A stretch of 64,000 bases of DNA. Source: Bacteroidales bacterium. GTDB lineage: Bacteria; Bacteroidota; Bacteroidia; Bacteroidales; UBA1715. The DNA lies in contig JAZRVS010000183.1 of the NCBI GenBank assembly GCA_045599365.1, positions 8,052 to 72,051 on the forward strand. The letters run 5' to 3'. Positions 1 to 10,154 of this stretch are shown here, one piece after another; position 1 is the stretch's first letter; each line of letters opens with the position of its first letter. The notes beneath the pieces are model-generated. The model saw nothing but the letters and a program-made list of their open reading frames with translations, was not told where the DNA came from and made no database searches. A program made the translations under genes and the position numbers.

Positions 1-2933
1 ACTTAGTTATTGAACCAGATGATGCTTCTATCTCGAAAATAGAATGGTCCTGCAGTTCTACTGACGCTCTTGTTTCAGACGGAATTGTAAGCGCATTTGA
101 CGTAAATAGCGATACTGAAGTAACAATTACCGCAAAGGTTACGACTAAAGATGATTCATTTAAAACCGCCGATATTACGATTACTATTACAAATGCAACA
201 ACGCCAATTTCTTCAGTGATATTTAATAACACTACAGATTTAATTGTCGAAGAAGGCTCAACAATTGATTTGTCGAAGTATGTGACTATAAATCCTTCAA
301 ATGCTTCAATAGTAAAAACCGAATGGTCATCAAACTCACCATATGCGTCCGTAACAAATGGTGTTGTTTCAGCTGGAGAAGTTGATACAGATACCGATGT
401 CCAAATTACAGTATCTCTCACTGATTCTGAAGGAACGACTGAATCTGCAACAGCAACGGTAACTATCAAAAATGGTTGTGCTTTAATTGCACCTACAGTT
501 ACAAATGCAAATCAATCTATTTGCGATGGCAACAGCGAAAAAATAACATTTACAGCTACTGGCGATAATACTGCTTCTTGGGTTTGGACAGATGCATCAG
601 ACAAAATTGTTAATACAACAAGTTCTTTCTCAACAGCAACAGAAGGTACATACTATGTATATCAGACTAAGGGAGAGTGTGAAAGTGCAAAGACCACAGT
701 AAGTCTTTCAAAAAAGACAAAACCAGCAACTCCAATTATTGCAAATGTGGCTGTTTGTGAGGGAGAACAAGGAACATTTTCTTCAAATGTAGTTGCTACA
801 TGGTATTCAAGTAGCGATGTACAATTAGCAACAGGCAAAACATACGCGCCTTCAGTGGCAGGAACATACTATGCTAAACAAGAATTAGACGGATGTTTTA
901 GTGATGCTGCGACAATTACATACACTATCAACGAAAAGCCAACATTGACAGGAAACGATGTAACAATCGTTTACGGAGCAACAATTCCTAACTTAACAGT
1001 AACAACTGCATCTTCAAATACAGTAACATGGTATTACAATAATGCCCAAGTAGGTACGGGGACATCATTCGCAACAAACCAAACAGAAGTTGGCTCGTAT
1101 GTTTATTATGCTGTAGCAGAAAATGCAAATGGTTGTTCTTCAGAAAAAGTTGCAGTTACATTACAAATTTCTGATTGCGATTTAGATGCTCCTACCATTA
1201 CAAACGATTCTCAAAGTATTTGTGAAGGAAAAACCAATCCTTCATTTACTGTTTCTGCAACCAACAGTGTTGCTTGGTACTCTGACGCAAAACTAACAGA
1301 TTTAGTTTCTACGTCAAAAACATTTAAATCAACAGAAACAGAACCTGGCTCATATTTCTACTACGTAACTCAAAAAGGAACGTGCGAATCTCCAGCGCAG
1401 AAAGTTACATTTACAATCAACGAATTACCAATTGTTTCTATCAACGCTGAAAGTGAATTAACAACTGCTGACGAAGCAATTACAATTGCTGTATCCCCAA
1501 TGGGTGGAACTTTAAGTGGGAAAGGTGTAAGCGGTTCCAAATTTAATCCAGCTATTGGAGCAGGAACGTATACATTGACATATACATACGAAGATTTAAA
1601 TGGATGTACAAACACAGCTACAACACAAATAATCGTAACAAAAGCTATAACAATTGATAGATCCCAATTGGGCGATACAATTGAACGAGCTAACACAATT
1701 AGCACATTGTATATGTCAGATAATTCGTACCCAGCGACCGCAAAAAATACTCTTACAAAAGCTATTGCAACTGCTCAAAACTACTATGACAATTATGCTA
1801 ATTACACACAAGCTCAAATAAATAGTCAAGTTACTACTTTAAGTAAAGCAATTCAAGATTTCTTAAACAGCAAAGTTGAAGCTATTGATTTGTCAATTTT
1901 GGAAGCAAAAATCAATGAGGCACTTACCGACATTCAAGTTAACGAATACAGACGTGGAACGTCTGTTGGATTTATCCCAGAAGCAAGTTTCACCATGCTA
2001 CAAAATGCTGTGACGGTTGCAAATAGTATATTATCAAATCCTCCAGCGACTCAAAATGAAGTACGCGCAGCAGTAGCAACATTGCAAAGTGCAATTGATG
2101 CATTCTTTGCCTCTGAGATTAAAAATAAAGTTGAAAGTATGGAATTTACGACATCAAAAATATATATGATTGTTGGAGATGAAATCACTCCAGAATTAAT
2201 ATTCTCTCCTGTTGGAGCTTCAACGGCATTAACATGGAAGTCATCAAATACGGATGTTGTAAACGTAACTGGTGCAGGCAAAATTATTGCGAAAAAAGCA
2301 GGTTCAGTTTCTGTAACAGCAACTTCTGTAGATAACCCAGCCTTATCAGATCACGTTACAATCATCGTAACAGAAAAACCTGTTTTACAATCTGTTACAA
2401 TGAACAATAAAGGGACTCAATTATATCTTCAATTCACAGAAGAAATGGCAGAACCAGATAAAGCTAGCATCTTCACTGATTTGTATATATATGGAACAAA
2501 GATTCCTATGTACAACGTGTTAGACGTTGCAACTTGGCCACTTGATCAAAAACGTTTGGTGGTTACTTTAGGAACTCCAATAGATGACATAAATGATATA
2601 ACGATTTCATATACTGGAACATCTCTTACATCAATATACGGAGGTAAAACACCCGACTTTAAATATAAAGTTGGAGCAACATCTGTTGACAATATTACAA
2701 AATATGACATTTATGCCTACCCAACACAAGCAACAACGTCAGTTACATTAGTTGGATTACCTCTTAATGCACAAATCATTGTACTATCATCAAATGGTAA
2801 AAAAGTTCTAACATTACTGTCAGAATCCGAAGAAGAAGAAATTCAAATTTCTCATCTCGTAGCTGGAACTTATCAAGTAATGATTTACTACAACAATAAA
2901 TCAATTGCACAAACAACATTCATCAAACAATAA
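1..2933 (+). CDS. Cell-surface adhesin-like protein, 5' partial. Contains Cys-framed Ig-like repeats, FIVAR-like helical repeats, a Big_2-like domain and a T9SS type A C-terminal sorting domain.
   Basis: The frame is open from base 3 (LVIEPDDASISKIEWSCSS...), and this upstream stretch repeats the following module, so the GTG at 216 is not the real start. Repeated ~75-aa modules follow the pattern C-x-G...W(Y/V)...G(T/S)YYY..Q...C(E/S)S. The Big_2-like stretch is KIIAKKAGSVSVTATS. The last ~75 aa (YPTQATTSVTLVGL...GTYQVMIYYNNKSIAQTTFIKQ) resemble a Por/T9SS CTD. Confidence 0.8.
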   Translation, partial: LVIEPDDASISKIEWSCSSTDALVSDGIVSAFDVNSDTEVTITAKVTTKDDSFKTADITITITNATTPISSVIFNNTTDLIVEEGSTIDLSKYVTINPSNASIVKTEWSSNSPYASVTNGVVSAGEVDTDTDVQITVSLTDSEGTTESATATVTIKNGCALIAPTVTNANQSICDGNSEKITFTATGDNTASWVWTDASDKIVNTTSSFSTATEGTYYVYQTKGECESAKTTVSLSKKTKPATPIIANVAVCEGEQGTFSSNVVATWYSSSDVQLATGKTYAPSVAGTYYAKQELDGCFSDAATITYTINEKPTLTGNDVTIVYGATIPNLTVTTASSNTVTWYYNNAQVGTGTSFATNQTEVGSYVYYAVAENANGCSSEKVAVTLQISDCDLDAPTITNDSQSICEGKTNPSFTVSATNSVAWYSDAKLTDLVSTSKTFKSTETEPGSYFYYVTQKGTCESPAQKVTFTINELPIVSINAESELTTADEAITIAVSPMGGTLSGKGVSGSKFNPAIGAGTYTLTYTYEDLNGCTNTATTQIIVTKAITIDRSQLGDTIERANTISTLYMSDNSYPATAKNTLTKAIATAQNYYDNYANYTQAQINSQVTTLSKAIQDFLNSKVEAIDLSILEAKINEALTDIQVNEYRRGTSVGFIPEASFTMLQNAVTVANSILSNPPATQNEVRAAVATLQSAIDAFFASEIKNKVESMEFTTSKIYMIVGDEITPELIFSPVGASTALTWKSSNTDVVNVTGAGKIIAKKAGSVSVTATSVDNPALSDHVTIIVTEKPVLQSVTMNNKGTQLYLQFTEEMAEPDKASIFTDLYIYGTKIPMYNVLDVATWPLDQKRLVVTLGTPIDDINDITISYTGTSLTSIYGGKTPDFKYKVGATSVDNITKYDIYAYPTQATTSVTLVGLPLNAQIIVLSSNGKKVLTLLSESEEEEIQISHLVAGTYQVMIYYNNKSIAQTTFIKQ

Positions 2934-2937
2934 AAAT

Positions 2938-2966
2938 AAAGACGTGCCAACCGCACGTCTTTTTTA
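2938..2966 (+). terminator. Rho-independent terminator
   Basis: Perfect 10-bp stem aaagacgtgc / gcacgtcttt with a 5-nt loop, followed by a T-run, 5 nt after the stop codon. Confidence 0.7.
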
Positions 2967-2977
2967 ATTCTATTATC

Positions 2978-4126
2978 ATGAAACGACTATTTTTTACATT
3001 TTGTTCTCTTTGTTTCGTACTGACGGTCTCAGCTCAACTTCGCACTGCTAACGAAGTTAAAACTACTTTTTCGCCCAAAAATTTAATGGCAAACAATATT
3101 GAATTCTCTTTGTCCAAAATTTATGCACAATTAGGCATTGAATTGCAAGATATTCAAGGAGACATTCAAAAAGTTTCATTCTCCAAAGACAATAATAATT
3201 GGTGTGAATGCATTTTCAACAATGAGAATCAAATCTCTCAAATAAAAAAAGACGACAAAGATATTTGTAAATTTGTCTATAACTCCAATTCAAAAGTTGA
3301 AGTAATTCAATTTGAAAACGAAATTATCGCAATTACATACGATAAAAAAGGTCGTGTCGCAAGTGAAGCAATATTGTATCCATATCAGTCAAAAAATACT
3401 CTAACTGACGGTAAGAAATCAATTACGGTAATGACTGACGATTATATTTTCACCAATTTGTGGCAATCGCAAAAAGCAACTGATTCTACAGCTCGCATTT
3501 ATCTATACGAAGTAAAGGGGCAAGGTTTATTACAAGAATGGGCTATAAAACAATTATTCTCTTATACTTACAAAGGGAATGGTTTAATGAAAACAAAAGT
3601 TGAAATAGCATCAAACCCATATCGTGACGCAATTTTTGATTTTTCATACAAAAAGAAAGTCCTTGATCAACAAGTAAAAACTTATACCAATAGCGATATG
3701 GTTGAGGGAACAACATACTTTTACGAAAATGGACAATTGGTAAAAGTAAACAAAGGATACTTTAGAGCAGCAAAAGGTAAAAATCCTCCGCTCATCAGTT
3801 CAGAAACGAACACAATGACGTACGATTCGCTTGGCAACATGACAACATATACAAGTACCGACGGATATAGACAAGACATTTGTACGTTACAATACGATAC
3901 AAATAAAAGAATTGTAAAAGTTCAAAAGCAACAAGAAAATGGAGAACAAATACCAATGTTCCAATGTGAATACAACGACCAAAACATTGTTGTGAAATCA
4001 ACACAAAGCAATGGACAACAAAAAATTTCATTCGATTATGATGAAAAAGGGAATTGGAATAAACAAACAATAGTTAAAAATAATGGTACAACGCAAGTTG
4101 TTGAACGTGTAATTACATACAAATAA
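2978..4126 (+). CDS. Secreted hypothetical protein with YD/RHS-like repeat signatures
   Basis: N-terminal signal peptide MKRLFFTFCSLCFVLTVSAQ. Recurring motifs of the type YD..G....(Y) (ITYDKKGRV, MTYDSLGNMTTYTSTDGY, FDYDEKGNW). Confidence 0.5.
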   Translation: MKRLFFTFCSLCFVLTVSAQLRTANEVKTTFSPKNLMANNIEFSLSKIYAQLGIELQDIQGDIQKVSFSKDNNNWCECIFNNENQISQIKKDDKDICKFVYNSNSKVEVIQFENEIIAITYDKKGRVASEAILYPYQSKNTLTDGKKSITVMTDDYIFTNLWQSQKATDSTARIYLYEVKGQGLLQEWAIKQLFSYTYKGNGLMKTKVEIASNPYRDAIFDFSYKKKVLDQQVKTYTNSDMVEGTTYFYENGQLVKVNKGYFRAAKGKNPPLISSETNTMTYDSLGNMTTYTSTDGYRQDICTLQYDTNKRIVKVQKQQENGEQIPMFQCEYNDQNIVVKSTQSNGQQKISFDYDEKGNWNKQTIVKNNGTTQVVERVITYK

Positions 4127-4162
4127 TTCTATTCATTGTACAATCCATGACAAAATTCGTAT

Positions 4163-4801
4163 ATGAAGTATTTGATTACGTTTTTACTCCTTTTATCTTC
4201 GATAGCCTCATTTGCACAATCGCAATTTGAAGGAGAAATCACGTATGTAAAAACAAGTTACTCCGATACGCTATATTACGTTTACAGCATAAAAGATAGT
4301 TGCGTACGAATAGATGAATATGACAAATTTAATCGTCCGTCCCGAGCATATATTGTCAACCTACAAGATGAATCTATTATGGTTATAAACCCCAACAAGC
4401 AACTATATGCAAAAATGGAAAGTTTACCTCAAAATGAACAATCTCAAAATTTAGAGGTTATTTCAACAGGAAACTACAAATACATCAATGGCTATAAATG
4501 CAGTCAATGGAGAGTACGAAATATAGCCACTAATAATGAAATAACATATTGGATGACAGGTGATAATTTCAATTTTTACACTCCAATGTCCCAGATTGCA
4601 ATGTCTATAGAAGATTATTTTCTCTTTTTCAAAGCTTTGCCAATTGCAAAAATGAAGGGATCTATACCAATGCTCATAGAAAACAAAACTCTCACTCGAG
4701 CATCTAAGGCAACGATAAGTGTAACAAATGTAAAACCACAGAGTGTTGACACATCAATTTTCAATTTGTCGCAATATCAAAAGTTTGAGAATTTACGATA
4801 A
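4163..4801 (+). CDS. Secreted hypothetical protein
   Basis: Signal peptide MKYLITFLLLLSSIASFAQ. A 212-aa ORF with no overlapping competitor. I cannot assign a family with confidence. Confidence 0.5.
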   Translation: MKYLITFLLLLSSIASFAQSQFEGEITYVKTSYSDTLYYVYSIKDSCVRIDEYDKFNRPSRAYIVNLQDESIMVINPNKQLYAKMESLPQNEQSQNLEVISTGNYKYINGYKCSQWRVRNIATNNEITYWMTGDNFNFYTPMSQIAMSIEDYFLFFKALPIAKMKGSIPMLIENKTLTRASKATISVTNVKPQSVDTSIFNLSQYQKFENLR

Positions 4802-4811
4802 ATCCTCGTAT

Positions 4812-5213
4812 ATGCTGATAAAAAAACTCATATTACTATGTTGCATATTGTTCGTAGCAACAACATCATTTGCAGGTTGGTCACCCGATTATAGTACGAT
4901 TTTGTGTCCCAATATGAGCAACGAAGAAATACACAAATGCCTACACACTTTTATTCCAAAAGATGCTGAAATCATCAAAGAAGACGACAACTTCTTATTG
5001 GCATATATGTACGGAAAAACAAAAAATTGTTCTGCTGTACTTTATACTTTCAAGTTTATTATTGATAAAGAACAAGTCCGTTATGGATTATATTTTGGAA
5101 AAAGTAAAAACGATGTCGGTCATTTTTGCATAAATGAAATAACTCTTCAAATGCAAACATTTGAAGACGAACTACTCAAATGTTTTGGTAAGACCAATAA
5201 AGCATCCGAATGA
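4812..5213 (+). CDS. Small secreted hypothetical protein
   Basis: The internal ATG at 4812 gives MLIKKLILLCCILFVATTSFAGW (signal peptide). The upstream part of the tracked ORF (from 4743) overlaps the previous gene and is probably not translated. Confidence 0.45.
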   Translation: MLIKKLILLCCILFVATTSFAGWSPDYSTILCPNMSNEEIHKCLHTFIPKDAEIIKEDDNFLLAYMYGKTKNCSAVLYTFKFIIDKEQVRYGLYFGKSKNDVGHFCINEITLQMQTFEDELLKCFGKTNKASE

Positions 5214-5244
5214 TAGCAACTACAATCTAATGTGGTTAAAAATA

Positions 5245-5410
5245 GGGAATAATATACATCCTGGCAGTAATTTAGTTGTCAGTTTCCATTTGTCAGTTGT
5301 CAGACGAATCTCTTTGTGTAATCAACTTACCATTATGAAAATAAAACTGGGAACTGACTACTGATACCTAATTACAAATGATTGTGTTGCCAACTTGTAT
5401 ATTGTTTCCT
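5245..5410 (-). repeat. Interspersed ~165 bp repeat element, copy A (inverted relative to copies B and C)
   Basis: Its reverse complement (AGGAAACAATATACAAGTTGGCAACACAATCATTTGTAAT...CTGACAACTAAATTACTGCCAGGATGTATATTATTCC) aligns end to end with 40742..40906 and 42322..42480. Confidence 0.8.
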
Positions 5411-5413
5411 TGC

Positions 5414-5456
5414 AAAAAAATAAGAGAGGATTCAATCATAACTGAACCCTCTCTCG
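5414..5456 (-). terminator. Rho-independent terminator of pckA
   Basis: On the minus strand there is an 11-bp stem with one mismatch (agagagggttc / gaatcctctct) followed by tattttttt, 23 nt after the pckA stop. Confidence 0.7.
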
Positions 5457-5478
5457 CTAATATGAAAAAACTATCTTA

Positions 5479-7083
5479 TTATAGTTGTGGACCAGCAGAA
5501 ACCAATGCTTTACCAGCTTCGTTACCAGTGTATTTAGCGAAGTACTTGATGAAACGAGCAGCAAGATCTTTTGCTTTTTCTTCCCATTTGCAAGCACAAT
5601 CGTAAGTGTCGCGTGGGTCAAGAATTGCTGGGTTAACATTTGGTAAAGATGTTGGAACTGTAAAGTTGAACATTGGGATTTGTTTTGTTTCAGCTTTAAG
5701 GATAGAACCATCAAGGATTGCATCAATGATACCTCTTGTGTCAGGAATAGAAATACGTTTTCCAGTTCCGTTCCAACCTGTATTTACTAAGTATGCTTTA
5801 GCACCTGATTTTTCCATTTTCTTTACAAGTTCTTGAGCATATTTTGTTGGATGTAATTCCAAGAATGCTTGACCGAAACATGCAGAGAATGTTGGAGTTG
5901 GTTCTGTAATACCACGTTCTGTACCAGCCAATTTAGCTGTGAAACCAGACAAGAAATAGTATTGAGTTTGTTCTGGAGTCAAGATTGATACTGGAGGAAG
6001 AACTCCGAATGCGTCAGCTGACAAGAAGATAACATTCTTAGCTGCTGGAGCAGCAGAAATTGGAGTTTGAATGTTTTTGATATGGTTGACTGGATAAGAA
6101 ACCCGAGTGTTTTCTGTAACTGATTTATCGTTGAAATCAATTTTTCCATCAGCAGCAACTGTTACATTTTCCAACAAAGCGTTACGTTTGATTGCGCCAT
6201 AGATATCTGGTTCGTTTTCTTTAGAAAGACCGATAACTTTTGCATAGCAACCACCTTCAAAGTTGAATACGCCATTGTCATCCCATCCATGTTCGTCATC
6301 ACCAATCAATTTACGTTTTGGATCTGTTGACAAAGTTGTTTTACCTGTACCTGACAAACCGAAGAAGATAGCTGTTTCTTTACCTTCCATATTGCAGTTT
6401 GCAGAACAGTGCATAGAAGCAATACCTTTAAGTGGCAAATAGTAGTTCATCATAGAGAACATACCTTTTTTCATTTCACCACCATACCAAGTGTTGATGA
6501 TAACTTGTTCACGAGAAGTTACGTTGAAAGCAACGCAAGTTTCTGAGTTCAAACCTAATTCTTTGTAGTTTTCAACTTTTGCTTTTGAAGCATTGTAGAT
6601 AACGAAGTTAGGTTCGAAGTTAGCCAATTCTTCAGCTGAAGGTTGGATGAACATGTTCTTTACAAAGTGAGCTTGCCATGCAACTTCAACGATGAAACGA
6701 ACAGCCATACGAGTATCTTTGTTAGCACCGCAGAAAGCGTCAACTACATAAAGATTTTTGTTGCAAAGTTCTTTCTTAGCGATTTCTTTTACTTTTGCCC
6801 AAACTTCTTCAGACATTGGGTGGTTGTCGTTTTTGTATTCGTCAGAAGTCCACCATACAGTGTTTTTAGAATTTTCATCCATAACAATGTATTTGTCTTT
6901 AGGAGAACGACCTGTGTAAACACCTGTCATTACGTTTACAGCACCAAGTTCTGTTTCTTGACCTTTGTCGAAACCTGTAAGACCAGCTTTAGTTTCTTCT
7001 TCGAAAAGCATCTCGTAAGAAGGATTGTGAGCGATTACTGTTGCACCAGTAATGCCGTACTTTGTTAAATCTAAATTTGCCAT
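5479..7083 (-). CDS. pckA: Phosphoenolpyruvate carboxykinase (ATP)
   Basis: 534 aa. Kinase-1a loop [13 protein letters not shown], plus GDDEHGW and NTGWNG motifs. The N-terminus [13 protein letters not shown] is typical of Bacteroidales PckA. Confidence 0.95.
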   Translation of the reverse strand: MANLDLTKYGITGATVIAHNPSYEMLFEEETKAGLTGFDKGQETELGAVNVMTGVYTGRSPKDKYIVMDENSKNTVWWTSDEYKNDNHPMSEEVWAKVKEIAKKELCNKNLYVVDAFCGANKDTRMAVRFIVEVAWQAHFVKNMFIQPSAEELANFEPNFVIYNASKAKVENYKELGLNSETCVAFNVTSREQVIINTWYGGEMKKGMFSMMNYYLPLKGIASMHCSANCNMEGKETAIFFGLSGTGKTTLSTDPKRKLIGDDEHGWDDNGVFNFEGGCYAKVIGLSKENEPDIYGAIKRNALLENVTVAADGKIDFNDKSVTENTRVSYPVNHIKNIQTPISAAPAAKNVIFLSADAFGVLPPVSILTPEQTQYYFLSGFTAKLAGTERGITEPTPTFSACFGQAFLELHPTKYAQELVKKMEKSGAKAYLVNTGWNGTGKRISIPDTRGIIDAILDGSILKAETKQIPMFNFTVPTSLPNVNPAILDPRDTYDCACKWEEKAKDLAARFIKYFAKYTGNEAGKALVSAGPQL

Positions 7084-7148
7084 TTTGTTGACGTTTATAA
7101 ATGAATTAATATTAACTACTTATGTCCAAGATTTTATCTCAAACCTTG

Positions 7149-7156
7149 CAAAAATA
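7149..7156 (-). promoter_or_regulatory. Bacteroidota -7 box (TAnnTTTG) for pckA
   Basis: The minus strand reads TATTTTTG about 65 nt upstream of the pckA ATG. Confidence 0.4.
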
Positions 7157-7195
7157 GTAAATTTTTAGAAATGATAAATCAATTAAGATTATTTT

Positions 7196-7203
7196 CTATT
7201 TTT
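7196..7203 (+). promoter_or_regulatory. Bacteroidota -7 box (TAnnTTTG) for the epimerase-like gene
   Basis: TATTTTTG lies 46 nt upstream of the ATG at 7250. Confidence 0.35.
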
Positions 7204-7249
7204 GACCTTGAAAATTCTTCATTTTGAAAAATCTAATACGTCTTCTTTT

Positions 7250-8269
7250 ATGAAAAAAGCATTATTCATCGGAGGAACAGGAACAATCAGTACAGCAATT
7301 TCTAAGTGTGTAGCAGAATCAAAGGAATGGGATTTATATGTCATAAATAGAGGCTCACGAAACTCAATTTTACCTTCTAACGTACACACAATAACCCTAA
7401 ACGATATAAACAATGAGTCTGAAGCAAAAGAAAAACTTTCGGGATTGACTTTTGACTGTGTTTGCGATTTCATTGGATTTGTTCCTTCTCAAATCGAAAG
7501 AGATTATCGCTTATTTTACGATAAAACCAAACAATTTATGTACATAAGTTCCGCTTCTGCCTATCAAAAACCAATTAGCAACCATATCATTACAGAAGGT
7601 ACTCCATTAGCAAATCCATATTGGCAATACTCTCGAGATAAAATTGCATGCGAATCATTTTTAATGGAAAAATATAGAGAAAATGGTTTTCCAATTACCA
7701 TTATTCGTCCAAGTCATACCTACGATGAACGCTCTATTCCACTTGGTGTACATGGTAAAAATGGTAGTTGGCAAGTAGTTAAAAGAATGTTGGCTGGAAA
7801 GCCTGTCATTATACATGGAGATGGTACCTCGCTATGGACTATGACACACAACAGCGACTTTGCGAAAGGATTTTTCGGACTCATGGGAAACCCTCACGCA
7901 ATTGGAGAATCGTTCCAAATAACATCCGACGAATCTCTTACATGGAATCAAATCTACCAATGTATTGCTGATTGCCTAAATGTACCATTAAACGCATATC
8001 ATATAGCATCGGAATTCCTCGCTGCAACGAGCGACTACGATTTTACAGGTAGTTTAATTGGTGACAAGGCCAATACCGTCATTTTTGATAATTCAAAATT
8101 AAAACGAGTCGTTCCAAATTTTAAACCAACTGTCCGTTTTGACCAAGGAATTCGAACTACTATTGAATATGTGTTAGCTCATCCTGAATATCAAAAAGAA
8201 GACATTGAATTTGATTCTTGGTGCGATAAGATTATTCAAGTATTAGAATCAGCAAAAAAAGAATTCTAA
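7250..8269 (+). CDS. NAD-dependent epimerase/dehydratase family (extended SDR) protein
   Basis: Starting at 7250 gives MKKALFIGGTGTIS, a Rossmann GxxGxxG motif. Length is ~340 aa. The substrate is unknown. Confidence 0.7.
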   Translation: MKKALFIGGTGTISTAISKCVAESKEWDLYVINRGSRNSILPSNVHTITLNDINNESEAKEKLSGLTFDCVCDFIGFVPSQIERDYRLFYDKTKQFMYISSASAYQKPISNHIITEGTPLANPYWQYSRDKIACESFLMEKYRENGFPITIIRPSHTYDERSIPLGVHGKNGSWQVVKRMLAGKPVIIHGDGTSLWTMTHNSDFAKGFFGLMGNPHAIGESFQITSDESLTWNQIYQCIADCLNVPLNAYHIASEFLAATSDYDFTGSLIGDKANTVIFDNSKLKRVVPNFKPTVRFDQGIRTTIEYVLAHPEYQKEDIEFDSWCDKIIQVLESAKKEF

Positions 8270-8294
8270 TCTTTTATATGCAAAAATTACACTT

Positions 8295-9593
8295 TTACAA
8301 CCGTCCAAAATCGAGGAATAGAGCGTAAAAGAAGATTGCGAATATGATAGCCATTCCTATTGCTTGAGCTTTCATCAAGAATTTTTCGCTTGGCTTTCTG
8401 CGAATTATCAACTCTACTATCAAAAATAGCAAGTGACCACCATCCAAACCTGGAATTGGCAGAATATTCATAAATGCCAAGATAACAGAGAACAAGGCCG
8501 CCAATGACCAAAAATTTCGCCAATTCCACGTTTCGTCGTACATTTTTCCCATTGAAACGAAACTACCTACTTGCGTTGAACCTTCTTTTGTGAACACCAA
8601 TTTGAATTGTTTCACGTAAAAGGTCAACGTATTTACTCCCATTTGGATTCCTTTGGGAATTGACTCAAGCAAAGAATACGTTTCTGTCATAATTTCAAAT
8701 TGATCGTATGCAGTTTTTGTCCATGCGCCAATTTTCCCTTCTTCAGAAATTGTAATTGGAATTTTTTCTTCAAATCCATGACGCAACACAGTCAATGTTA
8801 CCGCTTTACCTTTAAAATCTTTAACATTCAATGTAAATGACTGAAATAATTCGGTTGAAATAGAATCAATTGCCAAAATTTTATCCCCCACACGTAAATC
8901 AGAATTTGCTGCTGGCGTATTTGGCATAATGGAATCTATTACAAACGGAAAACCTTCCATCAAAAAGAATGAATTTGGATTTGCAATTATCTGTCGTCCA
9001 ATATCTTCTGGAACAGACAGTTCTACTTCGCGACCACTACGATTTACTGTAACAGTTTTTGCATCGTTCAACAAAATATTAGTTACTGCATCAGCCAAAG
9101 TTTTTGGTTCCTCGCCGTCAACGTGCAAGATTTTATCGCCATTTTGGAAACCCATATTCAATGCGGTTGAATCACAAAAAACACCATATTCTAAGTTTTT
9201 CAATGGCAAATACGAATGTCCCCAAGAATACGCCATAGCTGAATAGATAATGATAGCAGCAATAAAATTAAACAGCACACCACCAATAATAATCATAAAG
9301 CGCTGTCCCCACGGCTTTGAACGATATTCCCATGGTTGAGGCTCAGATTTCAATTGATCTGTGTCCATTGACTCGTCAACCATTCCCGCAATCTTACAAT
9401 AGCCGCCAAGTGGCAACCAACCAATTCCGTAAGTAGTTTCTCCCTTTTGAAATTTAAACAACGAAAACCATGGGTTAAAGAAAATATAAAACTTGTCAAC
9501 TCGCGTTTTCGACAATTTGGCAAACGTAAAATGTCCAAATTCGTGAACAAGAACTAAAAGAGTGAGTGTAAGAATAAGTTGTAATGCTTGCAT
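8295..9593 (-). CDS. rseP: RIP site-2 zinc metalloprotease RseP (M50 family)
   Basis: HEFGHF zinc motif near the N-terminus, PDZ-like central regions, and the NILPIPGLDGGH motif near the C-terminus. The probable start MQALQLIL is at 9593. Confidence 0.9.
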   Translation of the reverse strand: MQALQLILTLTLLVLVHEFGHFTFAKLSKTRVDKFYIFFNPWFSLFKFQKGETTYGIGWLPLGGYCKIAGMVDESMDTDQLKSEPQPWEYRSKPWGQRFMIIIGGVLFNFIAAIIIYSAMAYSWGHSYLPLKNLEYGVFCDSTALNMGFQNGDKILHVDGEEPKTLADAVTNILLNDAKTVTVNRSGREVELSVPEDIGRQIIANPNSFFLMEGFPFVIDSIMPNTPAANSDLRVGDKILAIDSISTELFQSFTLNVKDFKGKAVTLTVLRHGFEEKIPITISEEGKIGAWTKTAYDQFEIMTETYSLLESIPKGIQMGVNTLTFYVKQFKLVFTKEGSTQVGSFVSMGKMYDETWNWRNFWSLAALFSVILAFMNILPIPGLDGGHLLFLIVELIIRRKPSEKFLMKAQAIGMAIIFAIFFYALFLDFGRL

Positions 9594-9878
9594 TATGTCT
9601 ATAATATTGTTCTCTGCAAATGTACTGAAAAATCCATCATTTAGATAATACACTATTCAAAATGCTAATATTGAAGAGAACAGTTCGTACATTCAGAAAA
9701 CTGTCGCTGAATATAATAATGTTGTGCGTTAGATCTTCTCACCACCTTGTCTCCAAAAATTTCGTTGTTTATTTCGATTAGGATACGATGATGTCACATA
9801 ACTGATGAGGTTCAATGAAGACTGGAGTACCTTCTTGCATTGCTATATAAAGAATTATTATTTCATCGAACTATGCTA

Positions 9879-9942
9879 ATTTTAGTATGTTGAAATAACA
9901 TGAACTGATAAATAATTTTGTATACTAAAATATTCCATACTA
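9879..9942 (+). promoter_or_regulatory. Putative C-box-like operator set plus -7 box of the C-protein/REase operon
   Basis: A perfect 10-bp inverted repeat, ATTTTAGTAT (9879..9888) / ATACTAAAAT (9922..9931), flanks a TAATTTTG -7 box (9913..9920). A further half-site CATACTA (9936..9942) abuts the ATG. Confidence 0.35.
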
Positions 9943-10154
9943 TGAATAGCAAAAACATACTTACGATATTTGGTAATAATGTTCGAAAATACAGAAAAGA
10001 ACAACAATTGTCTCAAGAAAAATTGGCAGAATTTGCTGATGTACATAGGACATACATTGGTATGATTGAACGTGCTGAAAAGAATATTACACTATTGAAT
10101 ATGGAAAAAATAGCAAAAGCATTACAAATCGAACTAACAGAATTATTAAAATGA
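9942..10154 (+). CDS. XRE-family HTH protein, candidate R-M controller (C) protein
   Basis: 70 aa from the ATG at 9942. The HTH_3-like stretch is LSQEKLAEFADVHRTYIGMIERAEKNITL. Its stop overlaps the start of the next ORF (ATGA at 10151..10154). Confidence 0.7.
   Translation: MNSKNILTIFGNNVRKYRKEQQLSQEKLAEFADVHRTYIGMIERAEKNITLLNMEKIAKALQIELTELLK

Noticed and set aside
5161-5605. Two small plus-strand ORFs (5161..5364 and 5378..5605)
   Set aside because: They run through repeat copy A, the pckA terminator and the antisense strand of the pckA 3' end. They have no signal of coding function.
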